Positions 54,699 to 62,932 of a stretch of DNA of 64,000 bases are shown here, piece by piece. Every line of letters starts with the position of its first letter. Position 1 is the first letter of the stretch. Source of the DNA: Actinomycetes bacterium (GTDB lineage: Bacteria > Actinomycetota > Actinomycetes > S36-B12); the NCBI GenBank assembly GCA_965227045.1, contig OZ245718.1, positions 451,031 through 515,030 of the forward strand, given 5' to 3'. A program made the translations under genes and the position numbers. The notes beneath the pieces are model-generated. The model saw only the letters and a program-made list of their open reading frames with translations. It had not been told where the DNA came from and did no database searches.

Positions 54699-55603
54699 CG
54701 AGCCCGAGCGGACATCAGGTCGGACACCTGGCGCTGCACGCCCCACTGCTCGGCCAGGGCGTCGAGTCGCGGGCGATCAAGCTTCGGTTTCCGGTTCAGC
54801 ACCGGCAGGTCCGTGCGCACGCGCGCGACCGTCATTGCCGCGCGAATGGCGGGCTCGTCATCGGTCAGCGACAGCGCGAGGCGAGGTGTCATCGGCTTGA
54901 GCGACTTCGTCGTCTTCGCGGCCTCGATGATGCCGTCGAGTGAGCCAAATGCGAGAACGAGGTTGACGCCGGTCTTGGCGCCAATGCCGGCAACGCCGGG
55001 GAGTCCGTCGGAGGGATCCCCACGCAGGACGGCCAGGTCGACGTAGTGCTCGGACGGAACCCCGAACCTCTCGAGGACGCCGGCTGGATCCAGCAGCGGC
55101 CACTTGTCCATGCCGCCATTGACGGTCAGGCGCAGCCGCGTGCGCTCGTCGACGAGCTGAACGAGATCGCGGTCTCCCGAGACGATGATCGACGGTCGCG
55201 GGTCCTGCGTGGCGAGGCTGCCGATGACATCGTCGGCCTCGTAGTCGTCGAAGCCGAGCCGTGAAATCCCGGCAGCGTCGAGAATGTCGGCGATCGCCTC
55301 GGCCTGGTCCGACAAGGACTCGGGCTCGGCCTCCACGCCGGTGGACTCGTCGGCGACGCGGTGGAGCTTGTAGCTCGGAATGAGGTCGACCCGCCACTGC
55401 GGACGCCAGTCGTTGTCCCAGCAAGCCACCACAGAGTGGGGGGAGTGGTCGGTCACCAGACGGGTGACGGTCGACAGGAATCCGCGGACCGCATTGTGCG
55501 GGCGACCGTCCGGAGCCACCATGGATTCGGGCAGCGCGTGGAAGGACCGGTAGTACAACGATGCCGAGTCCAGAACGAGAATTGCGCGTTCGTCCGTGGT
55601 CAT
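54680..55603 (-). CDS. 5'-3' exonuclease (FEN / Pol I N-terminal domain-like)
   Basis: Only the 3' 924 nt of ORF 54680..56599 are real. ATG 55603 gives MTTDERAILVLDSASLYYRSFHAL. Also YEADDVIGSL, SGDRDL and GVAGIGAKT (H3TH). Confidence 0.88.
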   Translation of the reverse strand: MTTDERAILVLDSASLYYRSFHALPESMVAPDGRPHNAVRGFLSTVTRLVTDHSPHSVVACWDNDWRPQWRVDLIPSYKLHRVADESTGVEAEPESLSDQAEAIADILDAAGISRLGFDDYEADDVIGSLATQDPRPSIIVSGDRDLVQLVDERTRLRLTVNGGMDKWPLLDPAGVLERFGVPSEHYVDLAVLRGDPSDGLPGVAGIGAKTGVNLVLAFGSLDGIIEAAKTTKSLKPMTPRLALSLTDDEPAIRAAMTVARVRTDLPVLNRKPKLDRPRLDALAEQWGVQRQVSDLMSARARYTADE

Positions 55604-55675
55604 TCGCGAAGTCTGGCAGAGCCGTGGCGCGAAGGGGGCACGACTAGACTCGCAGCCACGAGCAACGGAGGGTTC

Positions 55676-56779
55676 ATGCAGCTCAGCAGCTACTCGACAC
55701 GCCTCGCGGCCGTCGGCGAACACGCCCGGCGCCTGGGGATGGATGCGGTTCTCGTCACCCCAGGACCGGACCTGCAGTACCTCACCGGGTACGACGCGAT
55801 TCCGCTCGAGCGGCTGACCTGCCTCGTCGTTCCTGCCGAAGGACCGGTGTCGATGGTGGTGCCGCGCCTGGAGCGGCTGGCCGCCGAGGCGAGCCCGGCG
55901 GGCTCGCTGGGCATTGACATCACGACCTGGGGCGAGACCGACGACCCGCATGCGCTGGTCGCGTCGATCGTGCCCGGCGCGGCCCGAGTGGGTCTCGACA
56001 ATCACATGTGGGCCGAGAAGGTCCTTCGCCTGCGCGAGGCGATGCCCGAGGCCGAGCAGGTACTCGCGGGCGACGTCATCTCGCACCTGCGGATGCGCAA
56101 GGATCCGGCGGAAGTGGATGCGCTCCTTCGCGCTGGTGCGGCCATCGACCGCGTGCACGCACGAGTCGCCGACTTCCTGCGCCCGGGCCGAACCGAGCGA
56201 GAGGTCGGCGCCGACATCGCCGAGGCGATCCTGCTCGAAGGGCACGTGCGCGTCGACTTCGTCGTCGTCGGCAGCGGCCCGAATGGTGCTAGCCCGCACC
56301 ACGAGGTGTCTGACCGCGTGATCGAGCGTGGTGACCCGGTGGTCGTCGACATCGGCGGCACGATGCCCGACGGATACCGCAGCGACTGCACGCGTACCTA
56401 CGCGGTGGGGCGCGCGCCCGCCGAGTTCCTCGAGCGGTACCGCGTGCTGCAGGACGCCCAGGCCGCAGCAGTGGCATGGGCCCGGGCTGGAGTCAGCTGC
56501 GAGAGCGTCGACGCCGCGGCACGCGACCGCATGGACGCGGAGGGCATCGCCGACCTGTTCATCCATCGCACCGGCCACGGCATTGGGCTCGAGACCCACG
56601 AGGATCCGTACATAGTCACCGGAAACACCCTGACATTGGAGTCCGGCATGGCCTTCAGCATCGAGCCCGGGTTCTACCTGGAGGGCCAGTTCGGGGCGCG
56701 CATCGAGGACATCGTCATCACGACCGACGACGGGGTCCTCGTCGCGAACAACGGCACGCGCGACCTTGTGATCGCGTGA
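55676..56779 (+). CDS. pepE: M24 family Xaa-Pro dipeptidase
   Basis: ORF 55361..56779. ATG 55676. VVVDIGG, HRTGHGIGLETHE and SIEPGFY are M24 metal ligand blocks. Confidence 0.85.
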   Translation: MQLSSYSTRLAAVGEHARRLGMDAVLVTPGPDLQYLTGYDAIPLERLTCLVVPAEGPVSMVVPRLERLAAEASPAGSLGIDITTWGETDDPHALVASIVPGAARVGLDNHMWAEKVLRLREAMPEAEQVLAGDVISHLRMRKDPAEVDALLRAGAAIDRVHARVADFLRPGRTEREVGADIAEAILLEGHVRVDFVVVGSGPNGASPHHEVSDRVIERGDPVVVDIGGTMPDGYRSDCTRTYAVGRAPAEFLERYRVLQDAQAAAVAWARAGVSCESVDAAARDRMDAEGIADLFIHRTGHGIGLETHEDPYIVTGNTLTLESGMAFSIEPGFYLEGQFGARIEDIVITTDDGVLVANNGTRDLVIA

Positions 56780-57954
56780 TGGCGTACGCCTGGCGCGGTG
56801 CCTCGGTCACCCGTTTGCTGCCAACGGAGGAGTCCGTCGAGCTGCTCGCGCTGACCGAAGAGGTTGCCACGCGCGAGCTCGCGCCGGTCGCGTCGGAGTT
56901 CGAGGCGACCGCCACCTTCCCTCGCGAGCTGTTCCGCACGCTCGGCGGGCTCGGGCTACTCGGCCTGCCGTTCGCCGAGGAGTACGGCGGCGCGAACCAG
57001 CCCTACGAGGTGACGCTCCAGGTCATGGAGGAATTGTCCAAGGCCTGGATGTCTGTGGGCGTCAGCGTCAGCGTCCACTACCTGTCGTGCTTCGGGCTGG
57101 CCAACTTCGGCACCACCGAGCAGCGCGAACGCTGGCTGCCCGACATGATCGGCGGCAGCCTGCTCGGCGCCTACTGCCTGTCCGAGCCGCACTCCGGCTC
57201 CGACGCGGCCGCCCTGATCACGAGAGCCACGCGCGATGGTGACGGCTATGTGGTCAACGGCACGAAGGCCTGGATCACGCACGGAGGCATAGCCGACTTC
57301 TACTCCGCGATGGTGCGCACCTCCGACGATGGCGCGAAGGGCATCACCTGCCTGCTCGTTCCCGGCGATGCTGCTGGTCTGAGTTCAGCGACCCCGGAGC
57401 ACAAGATGGGCGCGAATGCCTCGCCGACGGCCCAGATGATCTTCGAGGACGTGCGCGTCTCTGCAGACCGGGTGATGGGAGTCGAGGGCGGCGGCTTCAC
57501 CGTTGCGCTGGCAGCACTCGACGCAGGCCGGCTAGGCATCGCGGCATGCGCGGTCGGTCTTGCGCAGGCCGCATTGGATGCCGCGGTTGCCTACGCGGCC
57601 GAGCGCAAGCAGTTCGGCAAGCCCATCATCGAGTTCCAGGGACTGGCCTTCATGCTCGCCGACATGGCGACCGCCGTCGCTGCCGCACGCGCGCTGTATG
57701 TCGACGCGGCACGACTGAAGGATGCGGGCCTGCCGTTCGGCATGCAGGCGGCAATGGCCAAGCTCGCGGCTACCGACGCCGCGATGAAGGTCACCACCGA
57801 TGCCATTCAGGTTCTCGGCGGCGCGGGCTACACCCAGGACTTCCCGGTCGAGCGCTACTTCCGCGAGGCCAAGGCCCTGCAGATCGTCGAGGGCACAAAC
57901 CAGATCCAGCGCATGGTGATCGGCCGCGCGCTGGCGCCTCGAGCGGCTAAGTGA
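56779..57954 (+). CDS. Acyl-CoA dehydrogenase
   Basis: ORF 56476..57954. ATG 56779 (TGATG overlap). YCLSEPHSGSDAA, GTKAWITHG, QVLGGAGYTQDFPVERYFREAK. Confidence 0.9.
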   Translation: MAYAWRGASVTRLLPTEESVELLALTEEVATRELAPVASEFEATATFPRELFRTLGGLGLLGLPFAEEYGGANQPYEVTLQVMEELSKAWMSVGVSVSVHYLSCFGLANFGTTEQRERWLPDMIGGSLLGAYCLSEPHSGSDAAALITRATRDGDGYVVNGTKAWITHGGIADFYSAMVRTSDDGAKGITCLLVPGDAAGLSSATPEHKMGANASPTAQMIFEDVRVSADRVMGVEGGGFTVALAALDAGRLGIAACAVGLAQAALDAAVAYAAERKQFGKPIIEFQGLAFMLADMATAVAAARALYVDAARLKDAGLPFGMQAAMAKLAATDAAMKVTTDAIQVLGGAGYTQDFPVERYFREAKALQIVEGTNQIQRMVIGRALAPRAAK

Positions 57955-59531
57955 CCGAACCCGCCTGGGCTACCGCGGAGCGAGTCCTGCTCATCGGCGG
58001 ACGGATCTACGCGGGCGATTCGCCCGATGCGACCGCGATGCTGGTGCACCGCGGCACCGTGGTGTGGAGCGGCAGTGACGATGCCGCGCAGACGCATCGT
58101 GACGCGGCAGATCGGGTGGTTCACCTGGGCGGCCGCCTCGTGACCCCTGGCTTCGTCGATGCGCATGTGCATGCCACGAGCACCGGACTCACGCTGACCG
58201 GGCTCGATCTCACGCAGACGTCCTCGTTGAGGGAGGCGCTCGATCTCATTGAGGCACGCGCCCGGCACCTGCACGGTGGAGTGATGCTCGGCCACGGCTG
58301 GGACGAGTCTCGCTGGCCGGAGGGCCGTGCACCCACCCGTCAGGAGATCGACAGGGCGACCTGGGGGAGCGTGGTCTACCTGTCGCGAGTCGACGTGCAC
58401 TCGGCCGTCGTCTCCAGCGCACTGGTCGCGATGGCGCAGGGGATTGCGAGCCTGCCCGGCTTCGACCCCTTTGGCCCGCTGAGCCGCGAGGCCCACCACG
58501 CAGTGCGCGAGGCCGCGCTTGCCTCAGTGTCGTCTGGTCAGCGTCGTGCCGCGCAGTCGGTGCTGCGGGACAGGTGCGCCGAGCTCGGCATCGTCGCGTT
58601 CCATGAGATGGCAGGCCCGACGATCTCCGGCGAGGACGACCTGAGGGAACTGCTGGAACTCGCGCGCGACGTGCCTGGCCCAGTGGTCACCGGCTATTGG
58701 GGCGAACTGGCCTCCCTCGGCGGTATCGAGCGCGCTCGGAGTCTTGGTGCGTTCGGAGTCGCCGGCGATCTGTTCGTCGACGGCGCGATCGGCTCGCGTA
58801 CGGCGAGCCTGTGCTCGCCGTACCTCGATGCCCCGCATACCTCTGGGGCGGCATACCTGGATGCCGCGGAGATCGCCGCGCACGTCGAGGCGGCCACCTC
58901 CGCGACCATGCAGGCCGGCTTCCACGTGATCGGCGATGCCGCCAGCGACGCGGTTCTCGACGGGTTCAAGGCGGCCGCGCGGTCGCTGGGCTCGGACGCG
59001 ATACGCGCCCGAGGGCATCGCCTCGAGCATGCCGAACTGCTCACCGACGACAACATCGCCACGATGGCCGAGCTCGGGATCATCGCCAGCATGCAACCGA
59101 TGTTCGACGGGCTCTGGGGCGGTCATGGAGGCATGTATGAGCAGCGGCTCGGAGCGCAGCGCGCGGGGAGCATGAATCGCATCTCGGACCTGTTGCATGC
59201 CGGCGTCGACACGACCTTCGGATCGGATGCTCCCGTGACGGCGCTGGGGCCTTGGGAGGCGATGCGCGCGGCGGTCCACCACTCGGTCCCGTCGCAGCGC
59301 ATCGACGCAGCGCGCGCCTTCGCCGCGCACTCTGCCGCCGGCTGGCGTGCCGCCGGAGACCTCGAGTCGGGTCGTCTCACCTCCGGGTCACCGGCTCACT
59401 ACGCCGTGTGGGAAATCGACGAGCGCGGTCCGGACGGCCTGCCCGTGCTCGATCCCGATGGCCAACTTCCCGACTGCATCCGCACTGTCGTGTCCGGGTG
59501 CGTGGTCTTCGACCGCGGCGTGTTGAACTAG
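57951..59531 (+). CDS. Amidohydrolase family (amidohydrolase_3-type) metal-dependent hydrolase
   Basis: 526 aa. GTGA overlap with the upstream gene. PGFVDAHVHATSTG (HxH), HVIGDAA and GSDAPV are present. Confidence 0.8.
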   Translation: MTEPAWATAERVLLIGGRIYAGDSPDATAMLVHRGTVVWSGSDDAAQTHRDAADRVVHLGGRLVTPGFVDAHVHATSTGLTLTGLDLTQTSSLREALDLIEARARHLHGGVMLGHGWDESRWPEGRAPTRQEIDRATWGSVVYLSRVDVHSAVVSSALVAMAQGIASLPGFDPFGPLSREAHHAVREAALASVSSGQRRAAQSVLRDRCAELGIVAFHEMAGPTISGEDDLRELLELARDVPGPVVTGYWGELASLGGIERARSLGAFGVAGDLFVDGAIGSRTASLCSPYLDAPHTSGAAYLDAAEIAAHVEAATSATMQAGFHVIGDAASDAVLDGFKAAARSLGSDAIRARGHRLEHAELLTDDNIATMAELGIIASMQPMFDGLWGGHGGMYEQRLGAQRAGSMNRISDLLHAGVDTTFGSDAPVTALGPWEAMRAAVHHSVPSQRIDAARAFAAHSAAGWRAAGDLESGRLTSGSPAHYAVWEIDERGPDGLPVLDPDGQLPDCIRTVVSGCVVFDRGVLN

Positions 59532-59536
59532 TCCTC

Positions 59537-61078
59537 ATGGCGCCCCTGTTCGGCCCGCGCTGGGCCGTGGTCCTGGCCGCGCTCTCAGGTTTCGCCATCT
59601 GGCTCGCCTTCGCGCCGGTGGCGATCGGCTGGCTGGCCATTCTCGGCGTCGCGCTCCTCACCGCGGCCGCGTGGGGCGCGTCGGTACGGCGAGGCCTGCT
59701 CGTCGGATTCATCGCGGGCCTGACGTTCTTCCCGCTGCTTCTGCTGTGGATGCGCGTGGTGGGGATGGACGCCTGGGTCCTGCTCTCGCTCTTCTGCGCG
59801 CTGTGGTTCGCACTGCTCGGTGCCGGCACGGCGCTGGTGACACGCCTGCCGGCCGCACCGGTGTGGGTTGGTGCGCTGTGGGTCCTGGAGGAGGCGCTCA
59901 GGGGGCGCGTTCCGCTCGGCGGCTTCCCGTGGGGAGACCTCGTCTTCGCGCAGCCGGACACGCTTCTCCTGCGCTATGCCGCCCTCGGGGGAGCGGCCTT
60001 CGTGTCGTTCGTTGTCGCCGTCATCGGTGCGTCCCTCGTGGCCGCATTCGTCAGCTCCCGACGGGGAGGCGTGCGTTCGTCGGCGATGTGGGTGGCCGTC
60101 GCCGTCATCCTCGTGATCGCGCCTGTCGCGATCAGAGTGCCGACCGCCGGCGACACCGACGGCGGACCGGACTCGGCCGTCGTCGCCGTCATCCAGGGTG
60201 GAACTCCGCACACGGGCATGGGTGCGTTCGACGTGCGACGCGAGGTGCTCGACAACCATGTCGCGCAGACGATCGCGCTGGCGCAGGCGGTGGCGGCAGG
60301 CACGGAGGAACAGCCTGACTTCGTGCTCTGGCCGGAGAACTCGTCCGACATCGATCCCTTCGAGGACCCGACCGCGGCGGACGCGATCAGCACGGCCGCG
60401 CGGGCGATCAACGTCCCGATCCTTGTCGGCGCGGTGATCACTGCGGGCGACGACCCGACGCGAGCGTGGAACGTGGGCATCGTCTGGGACCCGGTGACCG
60501 GCCCCGGGCAGATGTACGTCAAGACGCACCCGGTGCCGTTCGGCGAGTACATCCCGTTCCGCGACCTGCTCGCATCGCGCATCGAGAGGCTCGGGCGCAT
60601 CGCGCGCGACTTCGCCCCGGGCTCGACACCCGGCAACCTCACCATCGCGGACATTCCGGTGGGCAACGTAATCTGCTTCGAGGTCGCGTACGACGAGATC
60701 GTTGCGGCGGTCGTCGACGGCGGCGCACGGTTGCTCACGGTGCAGACCAATAACGCCACGTTCGCCGGCGGCTCGCAGCCAGCGCAGCAGTTGGCGATCT
60801 CGCGTGTTCGCGCGACGGAGTTCGGGCGGACGGTGGCCATCGCTGCCACGTCCGGCATATCCGCGATCATCGCGCCGGACAGTTCGATCACCTCGCAGTT
60901 GGACGAGGGGCAGACCGGGTGGCTGGTGCAGCGAGTCGCGCTGAGGGGCGGTTCAACCCCCGCCGCGATCGTCGGTGGCTTCGTCCTGCTCGGCCTGTGC
61001 GGACTCGCCGTAGGGGCTGTCGTGGCCTCGATCGTGCTGGGCCGGAGGTCTCGAAGTCCTCGACAGCCCATCGCTTAG
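59537..61078 (+). CDS. lnt: Apolipoprotein N-acyltransferase
   Basis: ORF 59252..61078. ATG 59537. Multi-TM N-terminal half, and a nitrilase-like C-terminal half with WPENS, KTHPVPFGEYIP and ICFE (catalytic Cys). Confidence 0.88.
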   Translation: MAPLFGPRWAVVLAALSGFAIWLAFAPVAIGWLAILGVALLTAAAWGASVRRGLLVGFIAGLTFFPLLLLWMRVVGMDAWVLLSLFCALWFALLGAGTALVTRLPAAPVWVGALWVLEEALRGRVPLGGFPWGDLVFAQPDTLLLRYAALGGAAFVSFVVAVIGASLVAAFVSSRRGGVRSSAMWVAVAVILVIAPVAIRVPTAGDTDGGPDSAVVAVIQGGTPHTGMGAFDVRREVLDNHVAQTIALAQAVAAGTEEQPDFVLWPENSSDIDPFEDPTAADAISTAARAINVPILVGAVITAGDDPTRAWNVGIVWDPVTGPGQMYVKTHPVPFGEYIPFRDLLASRIERLGRIARDFAPGSTPGNLTIADIPVGNVICFEVAYDEIVAAVVDGGARLLTVQTNNATFAGGSQPAQQLAISRVRATEFGRTVAIAATSGISAIIAPDSSITSQLDEGQTGWLVQRVALRGGSTPAAIVGGFVLLGLCGLAVGAVVASIVLGRRSRSPRQPIA

Positions 61079-61087
61079 GCTGGACCG

Positions 61088-61873
61088 GTGACGTCACCCG
61101 GCTTCAGCGACCTTGGCCGAATTCTCGTCATCGTCCCGACCTTCAACGAGCGCACCACGCTGCGGCCGATCGTCGCGCGGATTCGCGCCTCCGTCCCCGA
61201 GGCCGACGTGCTCGTCGCTGACGACAACTCGCCGGACGGCACCGGCGCCATCGCCGACGAGCTCAGCGCCGTCGACGAGCAGGTGCACGTCATGCACCGG
61301 CTCGGCAAGGAGGGTCTTGGTGCGGCGTACCTCGCCGGGTTCGCCTGGGCGCTGCAAGCCCGCTACGACGTTGTTGTCGAGATGGACGCCGACGGTTCGC
61401 ATCAGCCCGAGCAGTTGCCACGGCTGCTCGACGCACTGCGCTCAGCCGACCTGGTCCTGGGTTCGCGCTGGGTGCCCGGGGGCGACACGGAGAACTGGCC
61501 GACGAGCCGCAAGTTGATCTCCAAGGGCGGCAGCGCCTACACGCGCCTGATGCTCGGCGTTCCGATCAAGGACGCGACAGGTGGTTACCGCGCCTTCCGC
61601 GCGGACACTCTGCGCAAGCTGGACCTTCACGAGGTCGCATCGCAGGGCTACTGCTTCCAGATCGACCTTGCGTGGCGCGCGTTGCAGCGCGGCATGCGGG
61701 TCAAGGAGGTGCCGATCACCTTCGTCGAACGCACTTCCGGCACAAGCAAGATGGATCGCAAGATCGTCGTCGAGGCACTGTGGCGGGTCACCGCGTGGGG
61801 GCTCGACGACAAGGTCACCCGGGTCCGGCGACGCGCGCAGAGCCGTCGCGAACGGCAGAAGGGAACCGGCTGA
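61088..61873 (+). CDS. ppm1: Polyprenol-phosphate mannose synthase (GT2)
   Basis: 261 aa. VIVPTFNE, VADDNSPDGT, MDADGSHQP. Located directly after lnt. Confidence 0.9.
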   Translation: MTSPGFSDLGRILVIVPTFNERTTLRPIVARIRASVPEADVLVADDNSPDGTGAIADELSAVDEQVHVMHRLGKEGLGAAYLAGFAWALQARYDVVVEMDADGSHQPEQLPRLLDALRSADLVLGSRWVPGGDTENWPTSRKLISKGGSAYTRLMLGVPIKDATGGYRAFRADTLRKLDLHEVASQGYCFQIDLAWRALQRGMRVKEVPITFVERTSGTSKMDRKIVVEALWRVTAWGLDDKVTRVRRRAQSRRERQKGTG

Positions 61874-62346
61874 TGCGAGCCTTCCGCCGGCGCCTGCTGA
61901 TCTTCGGCTTCCCGCTTCTGGAACTGGCCACTGCCTACCTGGTCGCACTGGCGATCGGCTGGGGATGGATGCTCCTGCTGCTCATCGCGGGCATTCCGGC
62001 CGGCTTCGCGCTCATGCGTAATGCGGGCGATGCGGCGATGCGCGAGGCCGTCGCCGCGCAGAAGTCCGGCCAGCCGCTGGACGCCAGCCGTCACGCCCTC
62101 GGCTTCGTGGGAGGGGTCCTCATCGCGATTCCGGGCTTCTGGACGGACCTGATCGGACTGCTGCTGGTGATTCCCGTGACGCAGCGGCTGTTCCGCTCAC
62201 GGGCCCGACGCTGGTTTGAGGTCCGGTTCACGGCCGTCCGGATGCCCGGCATCCGGTTCCCGGGCGAGGGAGACGTCATCCAGGGCACCGTCATCCAGCG
62301 TGATGACGAGCCCCCAACGCCAACGACGCGACCCGAACTGTCGTGA
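61873..62346 (+). CDS. fxsA: FxsA family membrane protein
   Basis: ORF 61672..62346. ATG 61873 (TGATG overlap). LLELATAYLVALAIGWGWMLLLLIAG and PGFWTDLIGLLLVIP. Confidence 0.8.
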   Translation: MRAFRRRLLIFGFPLLELATAYLVALAIGWGWMLLLLIAGIPAGFALMRNAGDAAMREAVAAQKSGQPLDASRHALGFVGGVLIAIPGFWTDLIGLLLVIPVTQRLFRSRARRWFEVRFTAVRMPGIRFPGEGDVIQGTVIQRDDEPPTPTTRPELS

Positions 62347-62402
62347 ACCGCCCGGTTAGGGGCAGTTGCGCGACAGGTCGGATCGCGTCGTCGGAGGGGA
62401 AG

Positions 62403-62771
62403 TCAGGCTGACTTCTGCAGGGCGGCTTCCTTCTTGGTGACGCCCTGCTGCGAGTGGAGCAGGTCCAGTCGCTCGTCAAGCAGTAGTTCGAGGTCGGCGA
62501 TCGTCCGGCGCTCCAGGAGCATGTCCCAGTGCGACCGCACGTGCTTGGCCGGCTTCTCGTCAGGAGCAGAGATGTCCGGGCGGATCGCGGTGCGTCCGCA
62601 CCGACAGCTCCACTCGAACGGGATCTCCTCGGCCTCGACCGAGAACGGCACGACCGTGTGGTGGCCCTCAGGGCACGCGTAGGAGATGACCTGACGCTCG
62701 GCGGGGGCCACGTGGGAATCCGTCTCGTAACTCAGGTAGCCGAGGCGGGTTCCGCGCATTGATTCGCTCAT
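62403..62771 (-). CDS. rbpA: RNA polymerase-binding protein RbpA
   Basis: 122 aa. RGTRLGYLSYETD, zinc-ribbon-like YACPEGH...WSCRCG, and a C-terminal sigma-interaction helix SHWDMLLERRTIADLELLLDERL. Confidence 0.92.
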   Translation of the reverse strand: MSESMRGTRLGYLSYETDSHVAPAERQVISYACPEGHHTVVPFSVEAEEIPFEWSCRCGRTAIRPDISAPDEKPAKHVRSHWDMLLERRTIADLELLLDERLDLLHSQQGVTKKEAALQKSA

Positions 62772-62818
62772 GGTCTCTTCCTCTCGTGCAAAACATCCAT
62801 CAATGGAATAGCAGTTCT

Positions 62819-62844
62819 GACGCCCCCTGTATTCCCCCGGTTCC
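62819..62844 (-). promoter_or_regulatory. Candidate ECF (SigH/SigR-type) promoter upstream of rbpA
   Basis: Reverse strand reads GGAAC-N18-GTC, about 48 nt upstream of the rbpA ATG. This is a near match to GGAA(T/C)-N17-18-GTT, not an exact one. Confidence 0.2.
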
Positions 62845-62932
62845 GCCTTTGCAAACCTCTAACAATTGGCGGGGAGGTCCTAGGGGAACTCACGTCCGTT
62901 CGCCCGCTATGCGGACGGACTAGCGTGCAGCC

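Noticed and set aside
54680-56599. Very long ORFs that extend far upstream of a recognisable domain: 54680-56599, 25355-26854, 33205-34434, 19937-21931, 6461-8074, 50783-51934, 55361-56779, 56476-57954, 59252-61078, 61672-62346.
   Set aside because: The upstream extensions overlap neighbouring well-supported genes and have no motifs. In each case an internal ATG/GTG gives the family-typical N-terminus, usually with an RBS or a start/stop overlap with the preceding gene. Those internal starts were used.
62821-62880. C-rich then G-rich tracts in the rbpA / multicopper-oxidase spacer, considered as a 6C-type small RNA or structured leader.
   Set aside because: The tracts do not pair into a convincing stem when aligned (only CCGCC/GGCGG plus wobble pairs). 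No two-hairpin C-loop architecture is present.
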